The notes under the pieces were generated by a model, which saw nothing but the letters and a program-made list of their open reading frames with translations, did not search any database and was not told the DNA's origin. Source: Candidatus Krumholzibacteriia bacterium (GTDB lineage Bacteria > Krumholzibacteriota > Krumholzibacteriia > Krumholzibacteriales > Krumholzibacteriaceae). From it: a stretch of 64,000 bases of DNA. Position numbers and translations under genes: made by a program. The DNA lies in assembly GCA_963836185.1 (NCBI GenBank), contig CAWIIQ010000001.1, positions 384,001-448,000 of the forward strand. The letters run 5' to 3'. Shown here in pieces: positions 22,089 to 34,277 of this stretch. How positions within the stretch are numbered: the stretch's first letter is position 1; each line of letters opens with the position of its first letter.

Positions 22089-23387
22089 TTATATTTTCCT
22101 TCTTCTTCTTCTCTCTTCGCCATCACAGGCGTGTTGTTTCCGAGTTCCTGGCTGATGGCCCGGTAGCTGCCCGATACGATCTCGTCGCCTGCTGTTGATT
22201 CCCTCGACGACTTCAATATGTGTGTCGCTCTGGATACCCGTCTCGACCTGTATGGCCTTCGCCACTCCGTCCTCGATGACGAATACGATCGTCACGAAGC
22301 CGTCCTTGTCCGCTTTGAACTGCGGTTCGGATGTGCTGTCCGCGTGAGCGTCTCCGAGGCCGCTGTCCCTGGCTTTTTCGGGCTCCTTCGTCTTGAGCTG
22401 TTCGGGGGTACGCACCGTGACGCACTGTATCGGAACGCATAGTGTGCTGTCGCGTGTCTCGATTACGATGTCGGAGCTGGCCGTCATCCCGGGGCGAAGC
22501 TTCTCGCCCGGGTCGATGATGGCGAGCTTGACCTCGAACTCGGTCTTCTGGTCGGTCGAGCCCATGCCGGAGATTCGGGCGCTGCTGGCGATCTCGCTGA
22601 CGATGCCCTTGAAGATCCTGTCGGGCAGGGCGTCGATCTCGATCGAGGCGCTGTCGCCGAGGCTCACGTTGACGATGTCGTTCTCGTCGACATTGACGAG
22701 CGCTTCCATCTCGCCGAGGTTCGAGACGATCATGATGACGTCTTCCTGGAACTGCGAGCCGAGCGCGATCTCGCCCACTTCCTTGTTGAGCACGCTGATC
22801 GTGCCGGCCATCGGCGCGTATATCGTTGTCTTCGAGAAATTGTCCCTCGCCTGCTTGACGGCAGCCTGGGCCTGGTCGACATTCTCGAGGACCGACTGGT
22901 ACCGGGCCTGCTCGATCTTTACGGTCGAGAACATCTGGTCGTACACGGCCTCCGACTCGAGGTTGCGTTCTACGAGTGTCTTGGTCCGCTCGAGGTCCTT
23001 CTCGGCCTTGACGACCGTCTCGCGGGCGAGCTCGGCGCTGGCCTGGACGGAGCGGAGGCTGGCCTCGGTCTGCTCGAGGGCCGCGATGTAGCGTTCCTGG
23101 TCGAGGCGGACGAGCAGATCGCCCTTCTCGACCCAGTCACCCTCGTTTACGCCAAGAAAGATGATCTTGGCGGCCACATCGGCGCTGATCTTCACCTTTG
23201 TCGCCGGTTCGATCCTGCCTGTGGCAGTTACAGTCTCAATTATCCCCTGTTTTTCGGCTAAAATGGTCTGAACACTTGTTTTAGTTGTTCCATTCTTGTT
23301 CGCCATAACCACAACAATGGCGATCACGACGACTGCAACTGCCGCTAGAAATATGATCCGCTTCTTCCCTAACTTGAATCTGGACAT
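22089..23387 (-). CDS. Efflux periplasmic adaptor (MacA/HlyD family); indel(s) near the 3' end
   Basis: ATGRIEP...VNEGDWVEKGDLLVRLD, coiled coil, TIYAPMAGTI, LRPGMTA; the alternative frame gives the canonical AGDEIVSGSY tail. Confidence 0.9.
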   Translation of the reverse strand: MSRFKLGKKRIIFLAAVAVVVIAIVVVMANKNGTTKTSVQTILAEKQGIIETVTATGRIEPATKVKISADVAAKIIFLGVNEGDWVEKGDLLVRLDQERYIAALEQTEASLRSVQASAELARETVVKAEKDLERTKTLVERNLESEAVYDQMFSTVKIEQARYQSVLENVDQAQAAVKQARDNFSKTTIYAPMAGTISVLNKEVGEIALGSQFQEDVIMIVSNLGEMEALVNVDENDIVNVSLGDSASIEIDALPDRIFKGIVSEIASSARISGMGSTDQKTEFEVKLAIIDPGEKLRPGMTASSDIVIETRDSTLCVPIQCVTVRTPEQLKTKEPEKARDSGLGDAHADSTSEPQFKADKDGFVTIVFVIEDGVAKAIQVETGIQSDTHIEVVEGINSRRRDRIGQLPGHQPGTRKQHACDGEERRRRRKI

Positions 23388-23471
23388 CGCCTTCTGCTCC
23401 CTGCTCTGAATACCCGATCTGTCTGGCTATAGTATATACCGAATCCCTCAATAAAATATTCGACACTCATT

Positions 23472-23499
23472 TATACGGGTGGGGGAGGGAATAGTTGCA
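23472..23499 (-). promoter_or_regulatory. Putative ECF-sigma (sigmaW-like) promoter of the exporter operon
   Basis: Minus strand TGCAAC-N16-CGTATA, matching the B. subtilis sigmaW-type TGAAAC-N16-CGTA consensus, about 85 bp upstream of ATG 23387. Confidence 0.55.
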
Positions 23500-24009
23500 A
23501 TGAGTTTTGTTGCGGTTGACGACAGTGGATTCTGTTGATACTCTGCCATGAGTGTAATCCTAAGGACATTTCAATTATGAGACTATAATGCGGATTAATT
23601 TTATTTGGGGACTTGTCGTTAGATGTCTAATATGAAACTTGTGGTTTGAACACGAAAGTGAACAAACTGCACAGCCTGAATGCTATACAAAAATATGATT
23701 AACTTAGTGGACTCCGGGATTGTTGAGGCATGCCAATTTCTCACCATGATTTACCGAGGACTCTCAAATCAGTTTGGGAATTGATTTATTCGGGTAGAAA
23801 AATGGTTAGGAGGTACATGCAAAAACAACAGAACGATACATGTAAGTACGTATGAACATCAAATATGGAGAGATGTGCGGTTGATTAGGTAAAAGAAAGC
23901 ATTGATTAGGATATCGAATTTAGATCGAGTCCTCCGCTTTCTTATAACTGTAGAGATTGCGTGAGATTAAGTTGTTTCGATATGCAAAGCTTTTAAGAAC
24001 GGAGGACAC

Positions 24010-24735
24010 ATGTTAGCGACTATCCACGAATTGCTGAGTTCAAAAAGTGCAATAGTGATCACTTTGCTTGTTGTGTTAAGCACTCTTTCAGGTTCAAGCA
24101 CAGGGCAAGGAGTATCTGATGAGCAAGATACGGTTGCTGTATGTGGGGGTGGTGGTGGTAATCTCAAGTCCTCAAATAGCGAAATTATTTCAGTCAACAC
24201 AGGTTTTGTGTCATACGAACAAAGCTCGGATGTTAAGTGGCCTGTGTCAATGTTAAAGCCAAGAAACTTTGACGAAAAGTGCATATATTTATGGGCTGAT
24301 TCGTATGGGATATGGACGATATGGAGTGAAAAAGTAACGTCTGATTTACTTAAATTGCAAGTCACCTCTGATTGCGGAATTCGAATTCTTAGTGTGAATA
24401 GTAGCAATATAGGTGATGTTTGGGAAAAGTCGCTTGTCCTCAGAGAAATCCTTGCTAACAATATTGGGGAAGTGAATCTTACTTTTGAGATTTGCGATAA
24501 TCGATTACATTTAGAATCCTTGAATAGCCTCAAAGAAGCACCTATATCGTTAAAGCAGGTTCTGGAGAGTTCACTCCAGCTTACTATCCGTTGGTCATTG
24601 AACTACCACAAAAAGACGATACGATTCCAAAAGAACACACGTAGGCAAAAAGCTGCGCTTGGAGCTGCAAAGAGCAATGAGGGTGTAGGTAAAGGGAAGA
24701 AAGAGGAGCAGGTAAATTATGATAGTGAGAAATAG
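24010..24735 (+). CDS. Hypothetical exported protein
   Basis: GGAGG RBS at 24001 and an N-terminal hydrophobic segment; no recognised family; 3' part may be frameshifted. Confidence 0.5.
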   Translation: MLATIHELLSSKSAIVITLLVVLSTLSGSSTGQGVSDEQDTVAVCGGGGGNLKSSNSEIISVNTGFVSYEQSSDVKWPVSMLKPRNFDEKCIYLWADSYGIWTIWSEKVTSDLLKLQVTSDCGIRILSVNSSNIGDVWEKSLVLREILANNIGEVNLTFEICDNRLHLESLNSLKEAPISLKQVLESSLQLTIRWSLNYHKKTIRFQKNTRRQKAALGAAKSNEGVGKGKKEEQVNYDSEK

Positions 24736-27700
24736 TGGTAATGGGAGAATATTCAAACAATACAGCGCCATCTTGCTTTTCCTTGCGGCCATTCTTAGCC
24801 CCATTAGTTTCGTTGCTCAAGAAGGCTCTATTGTAATTTTTGATCTTACTAACGAAATTGTTTTACAAAATGGACCTAATCAAATCGTAGATGATTATGC
24901 ACAAGGCAAGAAATGGGTGGCATATTTTCATGCAAGCATTCCTCATGCAGGCGGAGGACTGACATTCTCTATTGATTTGGCCGATATTTAGAAATATCGC
25001 CGGAAGGTAAGCAGGTTGGGTGACATTATGGATGGACGTTGATTTTAGTTTTGGGCTGGGCCTTCCTTTTGGTTTTGGAGTTATGCGAAGGGAATTTGAC
25101 GCGAACACGCCTGATGATCATACGTCTTTATATGATTGTAGTGTCGGAGGGTCAGTACCCTTTATAAGTGTTGAATCCCTAGGAGTGTCATCATCTGGTA
25201 GCGCTAAGCTATATTCTGCCAGCTTTAATAATCAGATGGAGTTAGGCGCAGGCATGGGATGTCAATTTCATGGAAATACAATAGAAATAAAGAGGGAATT
25301 GCTAGATTTCCTAATCTATCAGGCTATGGTGCCAGGAGTAACGGCGAATAATTTCGCGGCATCTCTTATATCTCGCATTATGAATCCTGTGGATATTTCA
25401 ATAACTGAGCTTATTACTTCATTTCGATTAACGACTAGTCAAGATGATGATGAATTCTACATGATTGAAGATATCCGTTATGATTATTTAGTGGTCGGCG
25501 AGTGGAGTAATATTGAAGTAGATGTTTATGTATTAGAGTCCGATTATTATAAGATGGAAGTGAGATCAGATGTTTTAGCTAGTCCTTGGCCACCATGGGA
25601 TTGGCAGGCGCGTGTAATTGAGAATGTGTATCTATATGCGAACCAGCGAAATACTATAACGTTGCGCGTCAAACCAGATACTGAAACAGGAGAAATTGCG
25701 GGTCTGGTTATATCAAAGAGATGGACCAATTACTTGGGATATTGTATGGAGAGTCAAATCCATACGAATTTAATACTGTTTCAACGATTCCTGACAGAAA
25801 TCCCCCAAGAGTTCTTTAGTCACAAACGCTGGCACAAATCCCGATACAAACATTGACGATGTTATTTTTAGTGAAGAGATGGCAGAGTTTTCATTTTCCA
25901 ATGGCACAGTCATTGTGCAGGGCAGTATGTCAGGGATTCATGATGTTTCTATGCAATACGATGAAGTCAGCTCAGAAACTTGCTCTCGATCCGACAACGA
26001 ATTTCTCGAATGACGAAATAGTAACAGTTAGTATATCACAGTTCGTACAAGACGTCGCCGGAAACGATCTTGGGAGTGACTATATTTACAGCTTTGAGGT
26101 TACTTCTGCGCCGAGTCCTGATCCTAGTGGTATTACATTAAACGCAAGTGTCACTCCTAGTTCTAGTGTGCCGGCATTCTCTCATATCATAGTATCGGGT
26201 ACAGCTCAGTATAACACTGGAAGTCCTGTGACTACAGCGACAATTCAGATAGACACGGGAGATAATGTATACACAGCGCCATTGACGAATGGGACGTATA
26301 GTCAGGATTGTGTTGCGCCCTCTGGCAGTAGGAATATTGTTATAAGTATATATGGTGATCCCTTTGGACTTCAAACCTCAGTAAGTAGATATATTTCTGT
26401 TGAAGGGGAAAGTCCGGGTGGCGATCTGTATGATTTTGGGAGAGCAACAGCTTGTATGGGTGTTTCTGGGGATCCTTGGTTGCCGATAATTGAAACCAGA
26501 TATTATAGTAGATATGACGGGAGAGCTTATGTCTGGATTGAGTTAAATGATGTGTATATTGATGGTGGTTATGATGACGACATCTTGTATAAATGGGAGT
26601 ACTATACACCAGCTGGCAGTGAATTGGATCCGGTTACTAGTTTTGTAAGTGATCCAAGAAATGACGACTATGAATATTGGGAATGGTGGAGGGATTATTC
26701 ATACATAAGTAATTTTGGCGGTAGTCCCGGTCGATGGACGTGTCTGTTCTCTGTAAATGAGGGGAATGGATACGAACTTCAGAGTACGATAGAGTTTACT
26801 GTAGGGTTTGAATATTCTGAGAATCGAATAGCTAAGGGTGTTAACCAAACTACCTTTCAGCCTATTGATCCTACTAACAGCTTTTCACCTGCCGATGCAG
26901 CAGTATATTCTTGGTGGCAGATCAATAACTTGTGTGAGGATCTGGATCTGAAATGGGAATGGATCGATCCTAAGGGGAATATATATACGACCTGGACAGA
27001 AGAGCCTATGTCAGATCACCATATTGGCCCTGGTTCCTTTGATCCGCCTTATGAAGAATATTTTAGTTATTGCTACATGAACATTGACGGAACTCCGGCG
27101 GTACAAAGATGCGGAACTTGGCAGGTGAATGCTTATGTCAAGAATGTAAGTGGATCTTGGGAATTAGAATATTCAGACAACTTCGAGATCATCGAGGATG
27201 AAGCCCCCTCCTTTACGAGCATATCTCATTATCCAACGGTTCCGTATGAAACGCAAGCGATAGCCGTGAATATCAGTGCTACTGATAATAATCATTTAGA
27301 TAAGATAGAAATATATTGGGATGATGGTTCATTGCATCAACAGTCTGTTGCGTTAAATATTGACAATTCTGAATATAATGGACAAGCATCCATTGGGGTT
27401 TTTGCTTCAGGCCAAGTAGTCGAAGTGTGGGCGGTTGCGACAGATGAATCAGGAAATGTCACTGAAAGTGATAGGATTGTTCTTAATATTCAGGCGGAGA
27501 TAGTTTCTGTGCCTGGTTGTCCAAATGGTCCTCAGTATTTGATGGCAGGCATTGAGGGGGAATATACAACTCAGGGATCTACATCAAGTTTGGGCAATCT
27601 AGTGCAGTATCGCTTTGATTGGGGCGGTGGCATGATATCGGATTGGAATAGTCCGGTTAGAACTAATGCTTGGTTCATTGATGATGTGTATTCAGTCAAG

Positions 27701-30626
27701 GCACAAGCGAGATCTCAGTCAAATCCTAGCAGAGAGTCTGCCTGGTCAACTGCTCTGCCTGTAATTGTTGATTCACAATCTCCTTTCGTCAGTATTTTGA
27801 CTAATGATGGTGCAGATACGGTTGTGACTGATCCGGAAATTCAAATATTCGGCATTACATCTGACCAGATGCCTTCATCTGGAATACTAGAGTCAAGCAT
27901 CAATACGGGTGATATCAATACAGGTGATGAATATGAGTGGGTGTTTGAAGTATCACTACTGCCCGGTATTAATGAGTTGGTTGTAACTTCAACGGATAAT
28001 TCAGGAAACAGCAAGAAAGACTCGATGAATGTTACATACGTGCCATATGACTCTGGCGATCATGTATGGCATGTTAAGCCTGATGGAACAGGTGAAGTTC
28101 TGACTATACAGGCAGGATAGCTCATGTGTAGTTGGGGATACCGTCCTTGTGCATCCGGGAACGTATACAGGAATTGGTAATCGCGAATTGGAATTTTTGG
28201 GTAAGGCAATAATGGTATTGGCTTATACAAGTTATGATGTAAATACCGTTGATCCTTCTGTCATTTCCAACGAGGAGCATGTTGCATTTCAACTTCACCA
28301 GAATGAGGATACGACTTCCATAATTGATGGATTGGAGATAGTGACAGACGGTAGTTTTACTACAGGTATATCTTGCATCTCATCATCCCCGAAGATCAGG
28401 AATTGCTGGATTCATGGAGGCAATCGGTCAATTCAAGCGAATCTGTCGTCACTAATAATTGAAAACAATATTATAGAGTATCAGGGAATGTCTGGGACAG
28501 GGATTGAATTCGAAGAATCCACACCTATCATAAGATATAACAATATCAAAGGAGACAATGAATACAGTACGGGGATTAGAATAACCTCTTGTTCAATGGC
28601 CGATATACATAACAATACGATTGATGTTTATGGTGGAGAAACGGCAGCGGGTATATCTATTAGTAATTCAACAGCAAATATATACAACAACAATATTGGT
28701 CCATGTAGCGGCTACTATCCTACGTGTATCAGTGCGACATCCTCGAACATAACCTTGATCGGTGATACCCTGCATCATTCTGGAGGCAGAGCTTATCACA
28801 CTGGAACTGCCTTGTATTGTCTGAACACATCTATTGTGATGACGGATAACTATGTTCATAGCAACGGCTCGGAATTTGGTTATTGTATCGAGATAAATGA
28901 TTCGCCAATGAGTACCATTGATAACAATATCATCGAAAATAATGGTACCGGCGGGATAAAGTTTTCGGGTGGAGAATCAAGCATTATCAGCAACAACAAG
29001 ATTGTCAATAATACTGAGATGGGAGGCATTCTTGTTAGTTCTTCAGTAACGATACGGGGTAATACTATAATAGGCAATAATACTGGCCTTGCTGATACTG
29101 GCTCTGATAACTGTGGGATTGCCTGTTATTCGTGTTCTCCGATAATTGAATACAACTTGATTGCGGGAAATCGTGGAATCAGTGGAGGTGGAATCTATTG
29201 TGAAGCCTCATCACCAACAATTGCATTCAATACTATATGCAATAATGAGGCTGGCAGAGGTGGAGGAATATTCTGTGACGAATTATCTTCACCAACCATA
29301 ATGAATACAATCGTTGCCGGAAATGTTCTTCGTGCGGGTCGATATTCGGACGGATGGGGCATTTACAGTGAATCAGATGGAATCACTTTCTCATGCAGTA
29401 ATATTTACAGTAACGATGGTGGAGAAGTTTACGGTGTAGATTATATAACTGGAGTAAACGGTAATATTTCTAACGATCCAGATTTTTGTGGAATGCTCGA
29501 AAATGAGTATTCTTTGAGTATTGACTCACCTTGCTTAGCTGGTAATCATCCTGATGGGGCATCTTGTGGACAAATCGGTGTCTATGGATGGGGTTGTTAT
29601 AGCACATACCCCCTAATTGCCAGCGTAGAAGATATTCCTGCCGATCAAGGACGCAGCGTGCAGCTTGCGTGGCACAGAAGCCGACATGATTATAGTGGCT
29701 CCGGTATGGAGATCACTCAATATGAGATATTCAGGCGCATCGATCAGTTACCACAAGCTCTATTCAATACTGTCGGTGATGAGCCTGATGATAGTGATGA
29801 GGGGCGCGACATAACAACTTATCCTCCTGGGAACTGGGACTATTTATTTTCCGTGGAAGCAACTAACACTGATTCATACGTCACTGAAGTAAGTACTTTG
29901 GAAGATTCGTGCAGGTTCAATGACTTAGATCCGCTATCTGATGAGCCGGCATACTTTTCGACTTTCTTTATTCGTGCATCAACAGCTGAACCAAGCTTAT
30001 TCTATGATTCGCCAGTCGATAGTGGGTATTCAGTCGATGATATAGTCCCAACCTTACTAAATGAGGTTATCTTTACTTACAATTCTAACGGCAGAAGGTT
30101 GGACTGGACTCGTTCAAGTGCCTTGGATCTGAAATGTTACAATATTTATTGTGATCGCTCAGACGGCTTTTCTCCTGGACCAGAAAACTTCATGGCCTCT
30201 ACAACTGACACTTTCTGGGTAGACCAGAATGGTGCGGGATATTTTCTTGAGAATTATTTGGTTACTGCGGTAGATAAGTCAGGCAATGAAAGCCTGCCAA
30301 TAGCGCCTAGTTCTATTGTAGATACCGAAGAGGGCATAACGCCTAAAGCAATTACGCTGCATCAGAATATTCCTAATCCTTTCAATCCAGTCACCACGAT
30401 CAATTTCGATCTTCCTGACGCTAATTCTCGAGTGACAATTACTGTCTACAATGTAGAAGGCAAGGTTGTAAGTAGGTTGTTGGATAAAGGACTGGAATCG
30501 GGAAGGCATAGTGTTACCTGGAACGGTGCAGATATGAGTGGTAACACAGTCTCGTCGGGATTGTATTTTTGCAAGATGACGGCTGGTGCATTCAGCAGTA
30601 CGATCAAGATGATATTGTTACGCTAA
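24719..30626 (+). CDS. Giant (about 1950 aa) secreted multidomain protein: SbsA/Big-type Ig, other Ig/FN3-like domains, beta-helix, pre-CTD module, FlgD-Ig CTD; split by frameshifts
   Basis: ORFs 24719-24991, 25020-25856, 25853-28120 and 28149-30626 join in register. The 28120/28149 junction reconstructs TIQAG(ID)SCVVGDTVLVHPGTY, matching paralog 39998 (NIQAGIDSCAVGDTVLVYPGTY). Confidence 0.75.
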
Positions 30627-30647
30627 GTATATGGAGGGGCAATCAGT

Positions 30648-33600
30648 ATGAAGAACTTTTTAAGTATGAAGGCTGCATTACTAATCCTATTGCTTCATTT
30701 CATAATTAGTATGAGCTGTTGTGCGACAGGTAGTGCGGCAGAACACAGTTTTAAGGAAAGCTTCAATACTACAGCGAATTGTTCAACTGCTAACACTACG
30801 GCCTGGTGGGACATAAGTTCTGGTGAATTGAAACTATATCCTTTTGATATAGAAATAATCACGCATGTGGAAATTTATGGCGGCCCATGGCAACTGGCAG
30901 TACATGGCGACTATATGTATGTTGCAGATGGACATCTGGGAATTAAAATATTTGAAATTAGTGATCCTGAGTCGCTTGTGTTAGTTGCCGTATATGATAC
31001 CCCTGGAAGCGCTTGTGATGTAAAAGTTCATGGAGATATTTTATACGTTACTGACATAGGATCAGGAGTTCTCGTGCTGGATATTTCCAATCCACAGTTT
31101 CCTGTTTATAGTAACAATGTTTACACTTCCGATTCTCCATATCATATTGAAATCTTGGGTGACAATGCATTTGTTTCGAACTGGGCAGATTCAACTGTTA
31201 CAGTATTAGACATTGTTGATCCCGCTAATCCAATAATGATTTCAGAAGTAGAAGAACCAGGGCGATGCGATGCAAATTCTTGCGCAAGGCGATTACGCAT
31301 ATATTGCCAGCTTAGACAGTGGATTATCAGTCATGAATATTTCTGATCCATATAGTCCGATAGTATGTGGGAGATACGTGACTGGTGACAAGGTAAGAAG
31401 GATGAGAAAATAAGGTAACTATATCTTTGCATCAAATGAGTATTCAGGAATGGTCATTCTGGATATTTCAGATCCAACCGATCCGTTTCTGGTGACATCT
31501 TTTAATACACCTATCAGGGCACTTGATATCGAATTAGACGGTTATTATCTGTATGTTGCAAGCGATTATAGCCTTGCCGTATTTGATGTGTCAGTTTTGT
31601 CTATTCCTGTCAAGATGTCAGAAGTTGGTACTACCAATAATGCAATTGGGCTATGGCTAGATGGAGAGTATGCATTCATTTCCTGCTATTCCGCGGGTAT
31701 AGATGTTGTACGGATTGCAGACGTTGCAGAGCAGCCTCTGGAAATTGGTTATGATAGCACATGGAGTGATGCTGGTGTATATAGGTGCTATTCTGAGGTC
31801 GCCGGTGACGTAATGTATGCGTCTGTTCAGCAGAACTTTTGTGGCTTATGATGTCTCATCCCCCTTGAACCCTGTTGTATTATCAAGTGCCAATCTGTGA
31901 TCAGACCGCAGTTATTAGCATTGAAATAACGGATAAGTGGGCTTACGTAGCCACAGGGGGGTATTATGATGGGTTCCAATGTGTAGACATATCTGATCCT
32001 AATGCAATCTCATATCATTCATCATATGCGTATCCTGCCAGGTACTTAGAGCTGGTGGGCGATGTTCTGTTTTTGTCCTGCCTTCAAAATGACAGAGCAT
32101 ATTTGCTGGACATTGGTTTTGAATATCCTGAAGAATATGTGTTGCTTAACGAATTCGGATTCGCGGCAGGATTGGGTGATATGGCAGCTGAAGGCGATTA
32201 TCTTTACGTCGCCAATAGTGATGAATGTGCCCATATTGTGGATATAAGCAATCCCGCTTCACCGTATCAAATAACTTGGATTAATAATGACCAATACACA
32301 AAGCGAGTAAAAGTCGCTGGAGATTTTATATATTGCATCAGGTGCACCTGGAATATCCTTCGCTGCAGTTCAAAATAGTATAGAGGCTGAATCGTCTGAT
32401 TGCTTTCAAATAAATTAATATTTCTGACCCAACTTTTCAAATCCAGCGCTTGTTGGGTCTTGCAATGTTGGCTCAGGCAGAATCATAGATTTTGAACTAT
32501 TCGGAAATTATGCTTTCTTGAATGATCGCTATGAAGGATTGTATGTTGTTGATATTTCAGATCCTTTAAATCCTGTAGCGATGGGTCATATACAGGGAAT
32601 GCCTGACTATGCCAGCAGTGTAATGCGCCATGGTGACTACCTGTATACCAATGACATCAATTCTAAGGGAATGCGAATATTGCGTGTTATTGACAGGGGA
32701 CACTACTTGACGTGTGGGAATACAGCGTCATCAGTACAAATATCGCCGGGGCAGCCTATTATCGCAGGACGAATTAAACCGGTATGCACAGGCGATATTC
32801 AATGGACACTTGATTTTTCTGACTTATATTTATGGAAAGGTGCTGTGCCTTGTGATTGGTATCACTTTGGTGCGCCTTAGTCAGGAAACATTGGTGGAAG
32901 CAGACTGCATTATTCCCAGATAGAAGTACTGCAATGTCAGGAGTTAGAAGTCGAATGGCTGTTCGAAAACGCAGCTATAGATTCAATAATGGACATTTCT
33001 AACGATCAAGGTGGGATTGTTCGAATTTCATGGTCAAGAAGTGGATATGATTTCCCAGCCCCAAATAATGATATTCCAATCTCGGATTATGTGGTCTACA
33101 GATGGAATGATACTGCTTGGGATTCTTTGATGGCAGTTCCTGCTCATTGTGAGGATATTTATTCTGTTGTCGTTGGAACGGTTGCAGATTCAACAGCGTA
33201 CGGAGAGTTGATATTTACCAAATACTTTGTTAGAGCATTTTCAAGGCAACTAGGTCAATACTTCGATTCCTCTCCTGACAGTGCATATTCGGTTGACAAT
33301 ATCTCTCCAGAATCACCGTTGAATTTCATGGTTCATTATCACTCAGATGAAAAAAATACTCTGACGTGGACCCAAGAAAGCAATAGTGATGTTTGTGGGT
33401 TCAACGTCTGTAGAGATTGTAAACAGAAACATGGAGCTGTCAGAGGATAATCTTCTATGTTTTACTGAAAATTCTGAGTTTGTGGATTCTGGGGCTGATG
33501 TATGGCAGTACTACTATTCAATAGCGTCAATTGATAAGGCGGGTAACGAGAGTGAACTTGTTGCTCCTGAAGTTGTAACAGATACAAACATTGATAAAAC

Positions 33601-33901
33601 ACCCAAAAGCTACCTGCTGTATCAGAACGTTCCCAATCCCTTTAATCCTTCGACTACAAATAGCTTCGATATTCCTGAATCAGCGCATGTCCAGTTGGCT
33701 ATATACAATATCAAGGGTGAACTGATAAATAATTTGATTGATGAATATTTGACTGCAGGGCATAAAGAAGTGAATTGGAATGCGATTGATGAATCAGGAA
33801 ATTCAGTTGCCAGTGGGATATATTTTTTTCGGATTAATAGCGGTGATTTTTCGACGAAAAAGATGGTATTGATCGTGGATCTTTTGCGCTATGCGATGTA
33901 A
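30648..33901 (+). CDS. Secreted LVIVD-repeat protein with pre-CTD module and FlgD-Ig CTD; multiple frameshifts
   Basis: Fragments with GDYMYVAD..GIKIFEISDP / VLDISNP / VVDISDP repeats, then DISNDQGG...SVDNISP and QNVPNPFNPSTT...KKMVLI. Confidence 0.8.
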
Positions 33902-34206
33902 ATGTATGATTAGTATTGAGTTGATGCTTGTCTAAGTCAAGATAGATATCTAAGCCTGTTCCAAAGTCGGGGGCAAGAGGCCCTGCCTCCAGATCTTACC
34001 TCAAAATCTGGATTCGTTCAAGGGGGTCAGTTCAGATCGGTTTCCTGATTCTAATGTAAATGGGCATTTTCTTGATATCAGAGATACTAGAGCCTAATAA
34101 AATACAAATTTAAAGGGCTTCGCAAAATTGCATATCCTTTCGTTCTGTCCAGAAGCTGCAAGCGTCTTCAAGCCATTTATTCAGAAAGCGTTACACCGTG
34201 ACCTGC

Positions 34207-34236
34207 TTGACAGGTAAGCTGAGTATGCTGTAGCAT
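34207..34236 (+). promoter_or_regulatory. Putative sigma70 promoter of the Lon-receptor operon
   Basis: TTGACA-N18-TAGCAT; the -35 is flanked by the short palindrome ACCTG-N5-CAGGT (34201-34215). Confidence 0.4.
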
Positions 34237-34277
34237 TGCCAACTGGTTTCTAGGGGACTTTGTTCGGAGGGGCAAAT

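Larger units (their letters stand above)
23500..34200. other. AT-rich putative horizontally acquired block encoding secreted proteins
   Basis: Abrupt visual shift from GC-rich to AT-rich sequence (estimated by eye, not computed); no integrase, transposase or att repeat seen. Confidence 0.65.

Noticed and set aside
23808-23855. Tiny ORF MQKQQNDTCKYV after a strong AGGAGG
   Set aside because: Only 12 codons and possibly frameshifted; no other support.
24960-33500. Stop-codon recoding (alternative genetic code) in the AT-rich block
   Set aside because: The breaks I examined are frame changes rather than in-frame stops; e.g. the 28120 junction is explained by missing bases relative to the paralog.
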